A DNA stretch of 61,357 bases, filler included. It is 4 parts of 4 records of this genome, joined end to end, with 100 filler letters (N's around TTAATTAATTAA, not from the genome) between each part and the next. Parts side by side here need not be neighbours in the genome. Positions count along the whole stretch, not along the records: positions 1 to 11,758 come from SRR22947725_1565; 3 more parts are not named here. One strand, written 5' to 3'. Below are positions 1 to 11,278 of the stretch, one piece after another (the stretch's first letter is position 1; every line of letters begins with the position of its first letter). Made by a program: the position numbers and the translations under genes. The notes under the pieces were generated by a model that saw only the letters and a list, made by a program, of their open reading frames with translations, was not told the origin of the DNA and searched no databases.

Positions 1-828
1 AACTTTTGTAGGATCTTTTCCAGAAAATGCTCCGCCACCATGAGGCGCAGCACCTCCATACGTATCTACAATAATCTTTCTTCCTGTTAATCCACAGTCT
101 CCATCTGGACCACCAATAACAAAATTACCTGTTGGATTAACATAAAACTCTTCTTCATTAAAACCTTCAAGAAAATTTGATGGAATAGATTGTAACAGGT
201 AAGGTCTCAATAAATCTCTAACTTGAGCTTGATTAACATCCACAGAATGTTGAGAAGAAATTACTACAGATTTTACTTTTGTAGGTTTTCCATCAACGTA
301 TTCAAAAGTAACTTGGCTCTTGCTATCTGGTTCTATGTTTTTTAATTTTCCCAACTTTCTATCTTCTGCCATTAATCTCAAAATTTTATGAGAGTAATGA
401 ATAGGTGCTGGCATTAATACTTCTGTTTCATTACAAGCATAACCAAACATAATACCCTGATCTCCAGCTCCTTCGTCTTTATTTCCAGATGAGTCTACAC
501 CCATTGCAATATCAGCAGATTGTGAATGAAGATGACTTTCTATTTTTGTTGCCTCTCTCCAAGTAAATCCTTCTTGATCATAGCCAATATCTTTTATGCA
601 ATTTCTAACTTTTTCAATTAATTCATCTTGTTTTATCTCAGGACCTCTAACCTCTCCCGCTAAAACTACTTTGTTTGTTGTTGTTAGTGTTTCACATGCA
701 ACTCTTGAGAAAGGATCTCCAGATAAATAACTATCAACTACCATGTCAGAAATTCTATCTGAAACTTTATCAGGGTGGCCCTCAGACACTGACTCACTTG
801 TGAAAAGAAAATTTTTTAAATTACTCAT
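1..828 (-). CDS. metK: S-adenosylmethionine synthetase, 3' end cut by window edge (not in ORF track)
   Basis: Hand translation from ATG at 828: [21 protein letters not shown] ... GAGDQG ... [14 protein letters not shown]. Overlaps the lnt 3' end by 8 nt. Confidence 0.97.
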   Translation of the reverse strand, partial: MSNLKNFLFTSESVSEGHPDKVSDRISDMVVDSYLSGDPFSRVACETLTTTNKVVLAGEVRGPEIKQDELIEKVRNCIKDIGYDQEGFTWREATKIESHLHSQSADIAMGVDSSGNKDEGAGDQGIMFGYACNETEVLMPAPIHYSHKILRLMAEDRKLGKLKNIEPDSKSQVTFEYVDGKPTKVKSVVISSQHSVDVNQAQVRDLLRPYLLQSIPSNFLEGFNEEEFYVNPTGNFVIGGPDGDCGLTGRKIIVDTYGGAAPHGGGAFSGKDPTKV

Positions 829-2365
829 TTTTAAATCTATTAAATGAAAATATAATAAAAATATATAGTAAAATTAATATCATAAAAATTTTATTTCCAT
901 ATTTAGAGAATAAAGTTGGTTTTATTTTTTTAGCTTCTTTAAAGTCAACATATCCTGATTTGCCAAATTCAACCTTTTGTTCAATAACACCCAACGGATT
1001 GATAATTGCTGCAATACCATTGTTAGCAGAACGCAATAGGTATTTACCACTTTCAACTGATCTAAGAATGCTATGTGCAAAATGTTGCTTAGGTCCTATT
1101 GATTTACCAAACCATCCATCTTCAGAAATATTAACTATTAAATCAAAATTTAGATTTTTAAATATTTTACCAGAATATATTATTTCATAACAAATCAATG
1201 GTAATATCTTTAGCAAAAAATCATCTCTCTTTATCTCTAAAATCTTTCTGTCTTTACCCTTTGAAAATGATTGATAATTATTTGTAATTACACTTAAACC
1301 AAATTTTTTTAGAATATTTTCAAAAGGTAAAAATTCACCAAAAGGCACTAAATTGATTTTATTATAAAAATTCAGTACCTCTAAATTATGATCATAAATT
1401 GTTAATGAATTAAAATAACTAATCTCTTCTTTATTGGTTTTATGATTATTAATACCGACTAATAACAAATGATTTTTGCTAAAAGTATTTTCAAACGATC
1501 CCTTGAATTTAACTAATTCCTCTTGGGAAATATCAGGAAGAATTCCTTCAGGCCAAACAAAAATAGTTTTTTCGTCTCTTTCTGGTTCACTTATATTAAT
1601 TAAATCATTTATTACTGAAACTGGATCAATATTTGAATAATATCTATCGAGACTAATATTTGAGCCAATAGCTCTTACTTTATAATCATAAGATACAGTA
1701 TCAGATGAATTAAATGTTTCTTTATAAGATGATCCATACAAATAAAATAAAAATGGCAAAAATAAAAAGATAACACATACACCTATGTCTTTTTTTGTTT
1801 CTCTTAGAATAAAAATTGCAGGACTAGTAAACAATGAAATACAAAATAAATTAAATCCATAAGTTCCAATTATTGAGGTAATACTTAATATTTCTAAATG
1901 ATTTACAAAACTGTAAGCTATTAAATTCCATGGGAAACCGGTTAAAATTGATCCTCTGATAAATTCAAAAACTCCAAATAATAATGAAAAAATTAAAAAA
2001 GAGCTTACTATTTTTCGAGGTTTTGAAATTATAAAACAAAAAGTAACTAATCCATAAAAAATTCCCAGAAAAGAAGGTATTAAAATAATGGTTATAGGAA
2101 TTAGAAATTTAAAATTTTGATCAAATGTTAAAGATATTGATATCCAATATAAGCTAGATAAAAAATAACCAAATCCAAATAACCATCCATAAAAAAAGAA
2201 ATCTTTTTTACTTTTCGTAGTTTTATATTTTTTAATTAGAAAAATAAAAAATGAGCTAAAGGTAAAAAAATTTATTATTAAATAGTTGTAAGGAGGTAAA
2301 CTTAAAGATGAAGCTACACCTAAAGTAATTAAAAAAACTATTTCAATGTAATTTTTTTTTATCAA
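821..2365 (-). CDS. lnt: Apolipoprotein N-acyltransferase
   Basis: Multi-TM N-terminus, [22 protein letters not shown] and RSANNGI nitrilase-fold motifs. Confidence 0.96.
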   Translation of the reverse strand: MIKKNYIEIVFLITLGVASSLSLPPYNYLIINFFTFSSFFIFLIKKYKTTKSKKDFFFYGWLFGFGYFLSSLYWISISLTFDQNFKFLIPITIILIPSFLGIFYGLVTFCFIISKPRKIVSSFLIFSLLFGVFEFIRGSILTGFPWNLIAYSFVNHLEILSITSIIGTYGFNLFCISLFTSPAIFILRETKKDIGVCVIFLFLPFLFYLYGSSYKETFNSSDTVSYDYKVRAIGSNISLDRYYSNIDPVSVINDLINISEPERDEKTIFVWPEGILPDISQEELVKFKGSFENTFSKNHLLLVGINNHKTNKEEISYFNSLTIYDHNLEVLNFYNKINLVPFGEFLPFENILKKFGLSVITNNYQSFSKGKDRKILEIKRDDFLLKILPLICYEIIYSGKIFKNLNFDLIVNISEDGWFGKSIGPKQHFAHSILRSVESGKYLLRSANNGIAAIINPLGVIEQKVEFGKSGYVDFKEAKKIKPTLFSKYGNKIFMILILLYIFIIFSFNRFKNE

Positions 2366-2366
2366 T

Positions 2367-2828
2367 CTATTTAATCTTCGAATTTACTGATTTATATATT
2401 CTTTCTTCCTCACAAAGCATTTTTTTATAATCTTTATCTTTAATATGATCAAAACCTAGTAAGTGAAGAAAACCATGTATAAAAGTTTTAACTACTTTTT
2501 CCTTAAAATCCTTAATATTTTGTGATTTAGGTTTATTCATAAAATCATAACTAATTATAATATCTCCAATATAAATTTTTTTAGATCTCAACTTTTTCTT
2601 AGTCAAAGGGAACGACAGAATATCTGTAGACTTATTTTTATTTCTAAAATCTTTATTCAACTTTTTGATAAATCTATTATTAGAAAGAAGTAAAGTAAGG
2701 CTTATTTCTTTATTGGGAAATTGATATTTTCGAGGGAATAATTTGCAAATTTTTTTAAAAAAAAGCTCTTTTTTTCTTAGTTTTTTTGACCAAGCTTTCT
2801 CCTCCGAGAAAACTTCAATATTAATCAT
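2367..2828 (-). CDS. ybeY: rRNA maturation endoribonuclease YbeY
   Basis: TDILSFP and HGFLHLLGFDH metal motif; phoH-ybeY-lnt order. Confidence 0.96.
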   Translation of the reverse strand: MINIEVFSEEKAWSKKLRKKELFFKKICKLFPRKYQFPNKEISLTLLLSNNRFIKKLNKDFRNKNKSTDILSFPLTKKKLRSKKIYIGDIIISYDFMNKPKSQNIKDFKEKVVKTFIHGFLHLLGFDHIKDKDYKKMLCEEERIYKSVNSKIK

Positions 2829-3816
2829 TTTTTGAGTAGGCTTTTACTATTTTAGAGACAAGTGGGTGTCTAACTACATCTGAATGATCAAAATCAACTA
2901 CTGATATTTCATTTAAATGACCTAATAATTCTTTTGATCTAACTAATCCTGACATATTTTTATTTGGCAAATCAATTTGAGTTGGATCTCCATTAACAAC
3001 TATTTTGGAATTTTCTCCTATTCTAGTTAAAAACATTTTAATTTGAGTGTCTGTTGCATTTTGAGACTCATCTAAAATTGCGAATGAATTTTTAAGAGTT
3101 CTTCCTCTCATAAAAGCAAGTGGAGCTATTTCAATATCTCCAATTTCAATCATTCTCTGAATTTTTTCAAAATCAAAAAGATCATATAGAGAATCGTACA
3201 GAGGCCTTAGATATGGATCAACTTTTTCTTTCATATCTCCAGGTAAAAATCCTAATCTTTCTCCTGCTTCAACAGCTGGTCTAGATAAAATTATTCTTTC
3301 AATTTTTTTTTCTAATAACATCGTAAGACCTACAGCTACTGCCAGAAATGTTTTTCCAGTTCCCGCTGGTCCTGCTGAAATTATTATATCGCTTTGCCTC
3401 AAAGCTCTTACATAATCTTTTTGTTTTTCTGATCTTGGAATAATAGATTTTTTTGGAGTCTTAATAATATCTGTAACATTGTTATTTTTTACTTTTTCGT
3501 TGATCATAAATTTATCTACTGAAGAAAGTATATCCTTGTTCTCAATATTCCCATTATTTATAAATTGGTTGGCTAAAAACTTTATAGCATTTTTAACTAT
3601 TTCATTTTTTTCAGGATTAGACTTAATTAAAATTGAATTACCTCTCGAATACAAACTTGTTTCTGTAATCTTCTCTAATTCTTTTAAGTTTTTATTAAAC
3701 TCACCTACAACACCTATCAAGAGCTCATTGTCGTGAAAAATAACACTTAGAGAGTTGTTGTCTGAATAAACAAACTTTAATGATGTGTCGCTATTCTTTT
3801 TTGTTAAACTACTCAA
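2821..3816 (-). CDS. phoH: PhoH-family ATPase (YbeZ-like)
   Basis: GPAGTGKT, RPAVEAGERLGFLPGD, MRGRT, VVRHPLV. Confidence 0.95.
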   Translation of the reverse strand: MSSLTKKNSDTSLKFVYSDNNSLSVIFHDNELLIGVVGEFNKNLKELEKITETSLYSRGNSILIKSNPEKNEIVKNAIKFLANQFINNGNIENKDILSSVDKFMINEKVKNNNVTDIIKTPKKSIIPRSEKQKDYVRALRQSDIIISAGPAGTGKTFLAVAVGLTMLLEKKIERIILSRPAVEAGERLGFLPGDMKEKVDPYLRPLYDSLYDLFDFEKIQRMIEIGDIEIAPLAFMRGRTLKNSFAILDESQNATDTQIKMFLTRIGENSKIVVNGDPTQIDLPNKNMSGLVRSKELLGHLNEISVVDFDHSDVVRHPLVSKIVKAYSKND

Positions 3817-3819
3817 TTG

Positions 3820-5148
3820 TTATGCTACCTTTTGATTATAATTAAAATCTTTTTTTCCAAATAAAGTACTTCGATTACTTTTGTTTATTTTCACTGGAAC
3901 AATTTTTCCAATATCCTCTTTTTTACCATCAAATATAACTGATGTCATATATTCAGATCGACCAAAAACCCCTGTTTTATCTTCTGTTAAATTTTCAACT
4001 AAAACATTAATTGTTTTATGTTCTAGTGATTTATTCATATGCATTTGATTATCATATAACTGGCTTTGAATTTTTTCCAATCTTTCCATCGAAATTTTTC
4101 GATCTATTAATTTTAAATCTGCCGCAACTGTGCCTGGCCGTGGACTAAAAATAAAAGAATAAGAATTTATGAATTTAATTTTTTTAATAAGCTCAAAAGT
4201 AGCCTTAAAATCCTCATCTTCTTCTCCTGGATAACCTATAATAAAATCACTAGAGAATTGTATGTCAGGGTTAATTTCTTTTAATTGATCAAATATTTTA
4301 TAATAGTCACTAATTGTGTGTTTTCTATTCATAAGATCTAAAACTTTATTAGATCCACTTTGAACAGGTAAATGAACCAAAGGCATCAGTTTTTTTGAAT
4401 TTTTATAAACTTCAATTAAATCATCTGACATATCTTTTGGATGTGATGTGGTATATCTAATTCTTTTAATTTCTGGAAATTTTTCAATTTCAAATATTAA
4501 ATTTGATAATTTATATTTTTCATTATTATAAGCATTTACATTTTGTCCTAGTAAAATTATCTCTTGCGTACCAGTGTCAGCTAAATATTTGACTTCATCT
4601 AAAATTTGTTTAAATGGTCTAGAATATTCTGGGCCTCTTGTGTATGGGACTACACAAAAATGACAAAACTTATCACATCCCTCTTGAATTGTTAAAAAAG
4701 AAGAAATTTTTCCTGAGTCATTTTTAATTTTATTAAAATATTCAAATTTTGAAATAGCATTAAACTCTGTTTCTTCTAGCTTTTTCTTTTTTTCTTTATA
4801 ATTTAGGATTGTATCATTAATTTTATGATACGCCTGTGGTCCTATCACAAGATCTATATAAGGCTCTCTTTTAAGCATTTCCTGGTTTTCTGCTTGAGCA
4901 ACACATCCAGCTACAATTACTAATGGCTTTTTTTTTAATCTAAAAATTTTTTTTACTCTTCCAATTTCATGATAAACTTTTTCTTTTGCTTTATCTCGTA
5001 TATGACACGTGTTTAATAAATAACAATTTGCTTCCTCGTAATTTTCCGTTTTTTCATAACCAATTTTTTTTACAGAATCATATATTCTGTTTGAGTCATA
5101 CTCATTCATTTGACAACCAAATGTTTTGATAAAAATTTTTTGTTTCAT
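3820..5148 (-). CDS. miaB: tRNA methylthiotransferase MiaB
   Basis: TFGCQMNEYDS, LNTCHIR, radical SAM CDKFCHFC, C-terminal TRAM domain. Confidence 0.97.
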   Translation of the reverse strand: MKQKIFIKTFGCQMNEYDSNRIYDSVKKIGYEKTENYEEANCYLLNTCHIRDKAKEKVYHEIGRVKKIFRLKKKPLVIVAGCVAQAENQEMLKREPYIDLVIGPQAYHKINDTILNYKEKKKKLEETEFNAISKFEYFNKIKNDSGKISSFLTIQEGCDKFCHFCVVPYTRGPEYSRPFKQILDEVKYLADTGTQEIILLGQNVNAYNNEKYKLSNLIFEIEKFPEIKRIRYTTSHPKDMSDDLIEVYKNSKKLMPLVHLPVQSGSNKVLDLMNRKHTISDYYKIFDQLKEINPDIQFSSDFIIGYPGEEDEDFKATFELIKKIKFINSYSFIFSPRPGTVAADLKLIDRKISMERLEKIQSQLYDNQMHMNKSLEHKTINVLVENLTEDKTGVFGRSEYMTSVIFDGKKEDIGKIVPVKINKSNRSTLFGKKDFNYNQKVA

Positions 5149-5151
5149 ATA

Positions 5152-5562
5152 TTAGGATTTTTTCTTTATCCCATATAATTCAAGCTTGTGATCTACCAGT
5201 TTGTAGCCATATTTTTCTGCTACTTTTTTTTGAAGTTTTTCAATTTCCTCGTCTACAAATTCAATAATTTCACCTGACTTAACATCTATTAAATGATCAT
5301 GATGTCCTTCGTTCAATTCTTCATATCTTGCTTTCCCACCTTTAAATTCATGCTTAGCAAGTATTCCAGATTCTTCAAATAATTTTACAGTTCTGTAAAC
5401 GGTTGCAATACTTATCTTTGAGTCAATTTTAGAAACTCTGTTATACAATTCATCTACATTAGGATGATCAGATGATTGTGACATAACTTGTGCGATTATC
5501 TTACGTTGATCAGTTAATTTTACACCCTTTAATAAACATTTTTCCTCAATAGTTTCTGACAT
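5152..5562 (-). CDS. fur: Fur-family metalloregulator (alphaproteobacterial Fur/Mur type)
   Basis: ISIATVYRTVKLF and HHDHLID. Sensed metal cannot be determined from sequence. Confidence 0.9.
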   Translation of the reverse strand: MSETIEEKCLLKGVKLTDQRKIIAQVMSQSSDHPNVDELYNRVSKIDSKISIATVYRTVKLFEESGILAKHEFKGGKARYEELNEGHHDHLIDVKSGEIIEFVDEEIEKLQKKVAEKYGYKLVDHKLELYGIKKKS

Positions 5563-5570
5563 AATTAATT

Positions 5571-5957
5571 TTAACTTAAATAAATGGGATTAATCAAATT
5601 TTTTTTAATTTTATATTTTTTGCATAAATTAGGGATATTTTCATTTCTCAAGTCTTTTTCATCGTTAAAATCATCTAAATTATAACAGTAATAATCAATA
5701 TTTTTTGCAACATTAAAGGCTTTAACAACTGACATTGAGTTTCTAATACCAGCAAAGCTTCCTGATCCTTGATTAATATAAATCGCGTTAATATCGGTAA
5801 TTTTAATATTTTTTGATGAGAGAAAATCATTAATAATTATGGTCAATTTTTCATAATTAATTTTAGTATTCTCATGAGTAATATTATAAATATTAGCATT
5901 AGAGATGATCATTAGAAAAATTTTTTCACTAGCAGCGTCTATAACAAGTTTGTTCAT
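5571..5957 (-). CDS. tsaB: Short TsaB/YeaZ-like protein, 128 aa (start reassigned to MNKLVIDAA)
   Basis: N-terminal L-x-I-D motif and GSGSFAGIR (canonical GPGSFTGxR); usual position upstream of fur-miaB. Confidence 0.8.
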   Translation of the reverse strand: MNKLVIDAASEKIFLMIISNANIYNITHENTKINYEKLTIIINDFLSSKNIKITDINAIYINQGSGSFAGIRNSMSVVKAFNVAKNIDYYCYNLDDFNDEKDLRNENIPNLCKKYKIKKNLINPIYLS

Positions 5958-6966
5958 TTTTATTCTGTTTTTGAATTCAAATTCTATTTCAGATGAAAAT
6001 AATATCAAACACTATTCTGGGGACGAAGGTATTTTATCATTAATGTATCATCGTTTTAATGAGAATAAATACCCCTCTACCAACGTTCAAATGGATGTTT
6101 TTAAAGAACATATGAAAATAATAAAAAACTCAAATTATATTTTTTCTAATCCAAAAAATTTTGAGGAAAATTTTAGTTCACCAAAAACAAATAAAGAAAT
6201 TCTTATAACGATTGATGATGCTTTTTTATCTTTCTATCTTGAGGCATGGCCATTTTTAAAACAAAATAAAATTCCTTTTATTTTGTTTGTTTCAACAGAA
6301 CCTGTTGGAAAAAGTGGATATATGACTTGGAAACAAATTAAAGAAGTTGGGGCTGAAGAGTTCGCTGTAATAGGTCACCACTCACATTCCCATGGGTATC
6401 TTATTGACAAAGATGATAATTTTTTTATCTCAGATATAGAAAAAGCAAATGAAATATTTTTAAAAAATTTAGGATACATACCAAATTTATTTTCTTATCC
6501 TTTTGGTGAATATTCTAAATTCATGAGGGATTATATTTCTCAAAATTTTGATTATGCCTTTGGTCAGCATTCTGGTGTAATTGATTTAAATAAAGATAAA
6601 TTTGAATTACCAAGATTTCCAATTAATGAAAATTATGGGGAATTGAAAAGATTTAATTCTATTATAAATTCATTTCCACTAGAATATAAACAACTACTTC
6701 CACTAGAAAAAAAATTATCTATAGAAAATAATCCTCCAAATTTTCAAGTTAAATTTTTTAATGAACAAACTAATTTAAACAATATTAATTGTTATTCGAA
6801 TGAATTAGATATTTGGGAAAGATCCAATACAACTTTAAACGATAATACGTTAACGATAAATTTTAGAGGCCCATTTATTCCAAGAAGAGGTAGAATTAAT
6901 TGCTCATTAAATGATAATGGAAAATGGCGATGGTTTGGTGTTCAGTTTCCTATTAAGAAAAATTAA
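5905..6966 (+). CDS. Exported polysaccharide deacetylase (CE4/NodB family)
   Basis: Hydrophobic N-terminus, LMYHRF, ITIDDA, HSHSH, FSYPFGE, LPRFP. Confidence 0.9.
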   Translation: MIIRKIFSLAASITSLFIFILFLNSNSISDENNIKHYSGDEGILSLMYHRFNENKYPSTNVQMDVFKEHMKIIKNSNYIFSNPKNFEENFSSPKTNKEILITIDDAFLSFYLEAWPFLKQNKIPFILFVSTEPVGKSGYMTWKQIKEVGAEEFAVIGHHSHSHGYLIDKDDNFFISDIEKANEIFLKNLGYIPNLFSYPFGEYSKFMRDYISQNFDYAFGQHSGVIDLNKDKFELPRFPINENYGELKRFNSIINSFPLEYKQLLPLEKKLSIENNPPNFQVKFFNEQTNLNNINCYSNELDIWERSNTTLNDNTLTINFRGPFIPRRGRINCSLNDNGKWRWFGVQFPIKKN

Positions 6967-8036
6967 ATAAGACTTTCTAAATCAGAACTCGAAGGCAATA
7001 ATTTCGCATCATCAAAATCTTGTAATTTATTCTGCATGATTATTTTTTGTAAAACCTCAACATATTGATTGCCTGTTTCAGCATATTTATTTAGGTGTAC
7101 AGAAAGTTTAATACTATCTAATGGTTTTTTAGCGTCTCTTAACTCAGCTCTAGCTTTTCTAAAATGTTTATAAGTAGAATGTGTGTTTAAATTTCTTTGG
7201 TAGGCTCTTACAGATGCTTGCAAGATATTAAATTTCATTACTTTGTGATCTTCATCTTCTTTTGCCTCTTTTGGTTTTAGACCTTCACCAGACCAAGTCC
7301 ATTGTCCAAATAAAGCATTACCCTCTTGAGCAAATCTAGAAGTTCCCCAGCCTGTTTCTTTTGCTGCCTGAGCAATTGCAAGAGACACTGGTATTTCATC
7401 CATTCTTATTTTTAATGTTGATAAATCTCGAGATTTCACACCGTATTGTTTGTATTTTTTTTCGAGCCAACTTAATTCTACAGTTGTGTTATTGCTTTTG
7501 TTAATAATATTAAAAAGTGTTCTTCTATCTTTTTTAATAATGTTGTTTTCTTTTATAATTAAAGGCAAAACAATTTGTATAAAAAATTCTTTCCTTTTTT
7601 TTGTATTCTCAATCAACTTTAATTCGTTGGGCAACAATGTTAGTGCAACTGGTTTAACTAATTTCTTTTGTCTAACGTCATTAAGATTATAATCAGTTTC
7701 TTTAAACAATTTATTTATTGAAGCAGCACTTAAATAAACTGCCTCCGTCTCGCTATTATTTAAGTTATAAATATCAACCAGAACTTCTTCTTCATTTAAA
7801 GTTTCAATTTCTTTTTTATTTTTTTCTTCTTTATTAAGTGTATATGCTAAAATTTTTTTTGAATCATTCATATACTCTTTTGTATAAAAATTTTTATCTG
7901 CAAAATTAATAAATATTGGAGCAATATAGAAAAAAGAAATTGTTAAAAAACTACTTAAAAAAATTTTTAATAAATTATTTCTACTTTTTTGTTCAAATGA
8001 ATCTTGATTATTTTTCATGTTTCTAAATTGCAACAA
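6963..8036 (-). CDS. Membrane-anchored glucosaminidase-domain (Bax/GH73-like) protein; start may be the Met at 8018
   Basis: IPVSLAIAQAAKETGWGTSRFAQEGNALFGQW, NLNTH, N-terminal TM segment. Confidence 0.85.
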   Translation of the reverse strand: MLQFRNMKNNQDSFEQKSRNNLLKIFLSSFLTISFFYIAPIFINFADKNFYTKEYMNDSKKILAYTLNKEEKNKKEIETLNEEEVLVDIYNLNNSETEAVYLSAASINKLFKETDYNLNDVRQKKLVKPVALTLLPNELKLIENTKKRKEFFIQIVLPLIIKENNIIKKDRRTLFNIINKSNNTTVELSWLEKKYKQYGVKSRDLSTLKIRMDEIPVSLAIAQAAKETGWGTSRFAQEGNALFGQWTWSGEGLKPKEAKEDEDHKVMKFNILQASVRAYQRNLNTHSTYKHFRKARAELRDAKKPLDSIKLSVHLNKYAETGNQYVEVLQKIIMQNKLQDFDDAKLLPSSSDLESLI

Positions 8037-8562
8037 CTTCTTTAACTTCAGGTAAATAATGACATAAAAGATTTTGAACTCCTTGCTTTAATGTCATTGT
8101 AGAACTTGGACATCCAGAGCAACTTCCTTGTAATTGAACTTTAACTACTCCATCTTTAAATTCTTTAAATTTAATATCTCCGCCATCTCTAGCTACCGCT
8201 GGTCTTATTTTTTCATCTAAAATTTTAACTATTTTTTGCTCAAGCTCATCTAAGTTTGAGTTTTGCTCTTCTAAACTTTCATCAATGACAAATTCTTTTC
8301 CCTCAGAATAAAAATCATTAATAAATGAAATTACTATATGTTTTACTTCGTCCCATTTTATCATTTCTTTTTTATTGATAGAAATAAAGTCTTCTCCTAA
8401 AAAAATTCCCTCTACTCCATTTATAGATAATAAATTTCTAACAAGTGTATTTTGAGTTTCATCTTTACTAGTAATTTCATATGGTCCACTATTAGACACT
8501 TTTTTTCCAGGCAGAAACTTAAGCGAATTAGGATTTGGTGTAACTTCTGTTTGAACGAACAT
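8023..8562 (-). CDS. NifU/Nfu-type Fe-S cluster carrier
   Basis: TPNPNSLKF N-domain; IRPAVARDGGD and GSCSGCPSS (CxxC). Confidence 0.95.
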   Translation of the reverse strand: MFVQTEVTPNPNSLKFLPGKKVSNSGPYEITSKDETQNTLVRNLLSINGVEGIFLGEDFISINKKEMIKWDEVKHIVISFINDFYSEGKEFVIDESLEEQNSNLDELEQKIVKILDEKIRPAVARDGGDIKFKEFKDGVVKVQLQGSCSGCPSSTMTLKQGVQNLLCHYLPEVKEVVAI

Positions 8563-8614
8563 GAATTATATATAGTGAATAATTTAAAAATTAAAACTTG
8601 TTAATAAATTTTAT

Positions 8615-9616
8615 CTAAAAACCTACTATTTCTTTAATTCTTTTGATCTTTTTTGAGGATATCATATTAGCTTTTTCAACTCCTTCTAGAAGAGTATTAT
8701 CCAAATATGATTTGTCATCTAATAATTTTTTGATCTCTGTTGAAATAGGTTCAATTTTATCAACGAGTGCTTCAGATAATTTTTGTTTAAATTCTGAGAA
8801 ATTTTTACCCGCAAAATTTTCTACACTTTTTTGTAAAGTGGAATTTGTTAAGCTTGAATATATACCTAAAAGATTTTTTGCTTCTAATCTTTCATCAAGC
8901 TCTTTTGGTGTATTAGGCATTGGTAATGGATCTGTTTTTGCTTTTTTTATCTTATTTATAATTAGATCCTTATCATCAGTTAAATTTATTCTACTTAAAT
9001 CTGACAATTCAGATTTACTCATTTTCTTTGAACCATCTTTAAGGCTCATAATTCTTGAAAATTCTTTTTGGATTAAAGGCTCTGGAACCTGTAAAAAATT
9101 TTCAATTTCAAAGTCAGTATTAAACTTTTGAGCAATATCTCTACATAACTCTAAATGTTGTTTTTGATCATCTCCAACAGGAACATGGGTCGCATCATAA
9201 AGAAGAATGTCTGCTGCCATAAGAACTGGGTAAGAATAAAGACCCACACTTGCTTTTTCTTTATCTTTTCCAGCTTTTTCTTTGAATTGTGTCATTCTAT
9301 TTAGCCACCCCATTCTAGCAACACAACTTAATATCCATGCTCCTTCAGCATGAGCCGGCACTTTTGATTGATTAAAAATTATACTTTTTTTAGGATCTAT
9401 CCCACTAGCAATAAATGTGGCTACTGTTTCTTGAATATTGTTCCTTAACTCCTTAGGATCTTGTTTAACAGTGATGGCATGTAAGTCTACAACACAAAAT
9501 ATACACTCATTTTCGGTATCATTATTTAAATCTACAAAATTTTTTATGGCTCCTAAATAATTTCCTAGATGGAGATTGCCTGTGGGCTGAACACCAGAAA
9601 ATATTTTTTTACTCAT
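8615..9616 (-). CDS. trpS: Tryptophanyl-tRNA synthetase
   Basis: [28 protein letters not shown]. Confidence 0.98.
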   Translation of the reverse strand: MSKKIFSGVQPTGNLHLGNYLGAIKNFVDLNNDTENECIFCVVDLHAITVKQDPKELRNNIQETVATFIASGIDPKKSIIFNQSKVPAHAEGAWILSCVARMGWLNRMTQFKEKAGKDKEKASVGLYSYPVLMAADILLYDATHVPVGDDQKQHLELCRDIAQKFNTDFEIENFLQVPEPLIQKEFSRIMSLKDGSKKMSKSELSDLSRINLTDDKDLIINKIKKAKTDPLPMPNTPKELDERLEAKNLLGIYSSLTNSTLQKSVENFAGKNFSEFKQKLSEALVDKIEPISTEIKKLLDDKSYLDNTLLEGVEKANMISSKKIKRIKEIVGF

Positions 9617-9619
9617 AAA

Positions 9620-11149
9620 TTAATACCTTAATTTAATATCATTCATTTGAAAAGCTTTGATGAAATAACACACAATTAAATAAAATAATAATCCTAATAA
9701 TGCAGATAAAACCAAGTATAAAGATTTGATTGATTGATTGAATGCTAAATCATTTTGAAAGAAGTTTAATAAAAAGTTAAAAAATAAACCCATTAGAATT
9801 GTTGCAAATACTATTTTAATAAATTTGATAAAAAATATTTGATTGAAATAAAATAATTGTCGTTTTTTTAAAAAAATAAATAACAAAATTGAATTAAACC
9901 ATGAAGAAATAGAGGTTGCTATTGGAATTATTATAAAACCAACTTCGCTAAAATAATAAATACTAATAAAAATATTAAGTAATACAGAAATTAAAGAAAT
10001 ATAAAATGGAGTTTTCGTATCATTATTTGCAAAGAAAAAACTTGAAAAAACTTTTATCAAAGCAAAAGCGGGCAGACCTAATGCGAAATAATATAAAGCT
10101 AAACTAGAATTATTCACTGAATTTTCATTAAAAGACCCATATCCAAATAAAGCTGAAATAATTTGTTCTGATCCAATAATTAAAGCAATAGTCGCTGGCA
10201 GACTTAAAAACAAACTTAATTCAAGAGCTTTATTTTGTATGAGCAAAATCTTATTCTTTTTTCTGGATTGGATATGTTTTGAAAGCTGTGGAAGTATAAC
10301 AACTCCAATCGCAATACCAGCTATAGCTAAGTTAATTTGATAAATTCTATCCGCATAATATAAATAAGAAACTGCGCTAGCTTGAAATGATGCAATTATC
10401 GTTCCAATTAAAATATTAATTTGGGTAACTCCAGAGGAAAAAATACTTGGTAAAAGTTTTTTAAAAAAAAACTTAACTTTATCACTTGCTTTTAGTTTAA
10501 AGCTAAATTTGAGCGAGTAATATTTTGATACATATTTGTATAAAAATATAAATTGAAAAAAACCAGCTAGAGAAACACCATAAGATAAATAATAAACCAA
10601 CTGATCACCCAAAGATTTTGAAAAAATTAATACTAAAATTAAAACAATATTCAAAATTATTGGGGCCGCAGCCACAGCAGCAAACTTATTATGTGAATTT
10701 AGAATTGCAGAAAAAAATGATGCTAAACAAATAAAAAATAAGAAAGGAAATGTAATCCTTGTTAAATTTGTTGCTAACTCCATTTTTTCAAAATCACCAA
10801 CAAATCCTGGTGCAATAATTGAAACAAATAGGGGCATAAAAATCTCAATCACAATTGTTAAAAATAATAAACCTAAAAATAATAAGTTAAAAATATCGTT
10901 AGCAAATTTATTTGATTGTTTTTTTCCTTTAATTATTTCTGATGAATAACTTGGAACGAATGCTGCATTAAAAGTTCCTTCGGCAAACAATCTTCTAAAT
11001 GTATTTGGAATTCTAAACGCTACAAAGAAAGCATCAGCCAACATTCCAGTACCAAGGAAAATTGCTATTAAAATATCTCTTAAGTATCCGAGCAATCTGC
11101 TTATTATCGTAAAAAAACCAAATGTGCCTGTTGACTTAACTATATTCAT
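9620..11149 (-). CDS. murJ: Lipid II flippase MurJ
   Basis: SRLLGYLRD, AFRIPNTFRRLFAEG, YYADRIYQ; many TM helices. Confidence 0.97.
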   Translation of the reverse strand: MNIVKSTGTFGFFTIISRLLGYLRDILIAIFLGTGMLADAFFVAFRIPNTFRRLFAEGTFNAAFVPSYSSEIIKGKKQSNKFANDIFNLLFLGLLFLTIVIEIFMPLFVSIIAPGFVGDFEKMELATNLTRITFPFLFFICLASFFSAILNSHNKFAAVAAAPIILNIVLILVLIFSKSLGDQLVYYLSYGVSLAGFFQFIFLYKYVSKYYSLKFSFKLKASDKVKFFFKKLLPSIFSSGVTQINILIGTIIASFQASAVSYLYYADRIYQINLAIAGIAIGVVILPQLSKHIQSRKKNKILLIQNKALELSLFLSLPATIALIIGSEQIISALFGYGSFNENSVNNSSLALYYFALGLPAFALIKVFSSFFFANNDTKTPFYISLISVLLNIFISIYYFSEVGFIIIPIATSISSWFNSILLFIFLKKRQLFYFNQIFFIKFIKIVFATILMGLFFNFLLNFFQNDLAFNQSIKSLYLVLSALLGLLFYLIVCYFIKAFQMNDIKLRY

Positions 11150-11278
11150 AAATCATATTAGTCTTAATTTTACCCTAATTGTACAATTATTATAAGAATA
11201 TATAGATCAAATATTACAAATAATAAAAATTTTTAAAAAGAGTACAAATAAAATTGAGATTAATATAATTAAACAAAA

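Noticed and set aside
821-900. SAM riboswitch before metK
   Set aside because: metK overlaps lnt, so there is no leader space and no motif is visible
8643-9131. 162-aa antisense ORF, and the many other 60-160 aa antisense or nested ORFs in the track (e.g. 23535-23999, 28720-29106, 29919-30356, 47564-47938)
   Set aside because: They lie wholly opposite or inside well-supported genes and have the Ser/Phe/Leu/Ile-rich composition of shadow frames, with no motifs
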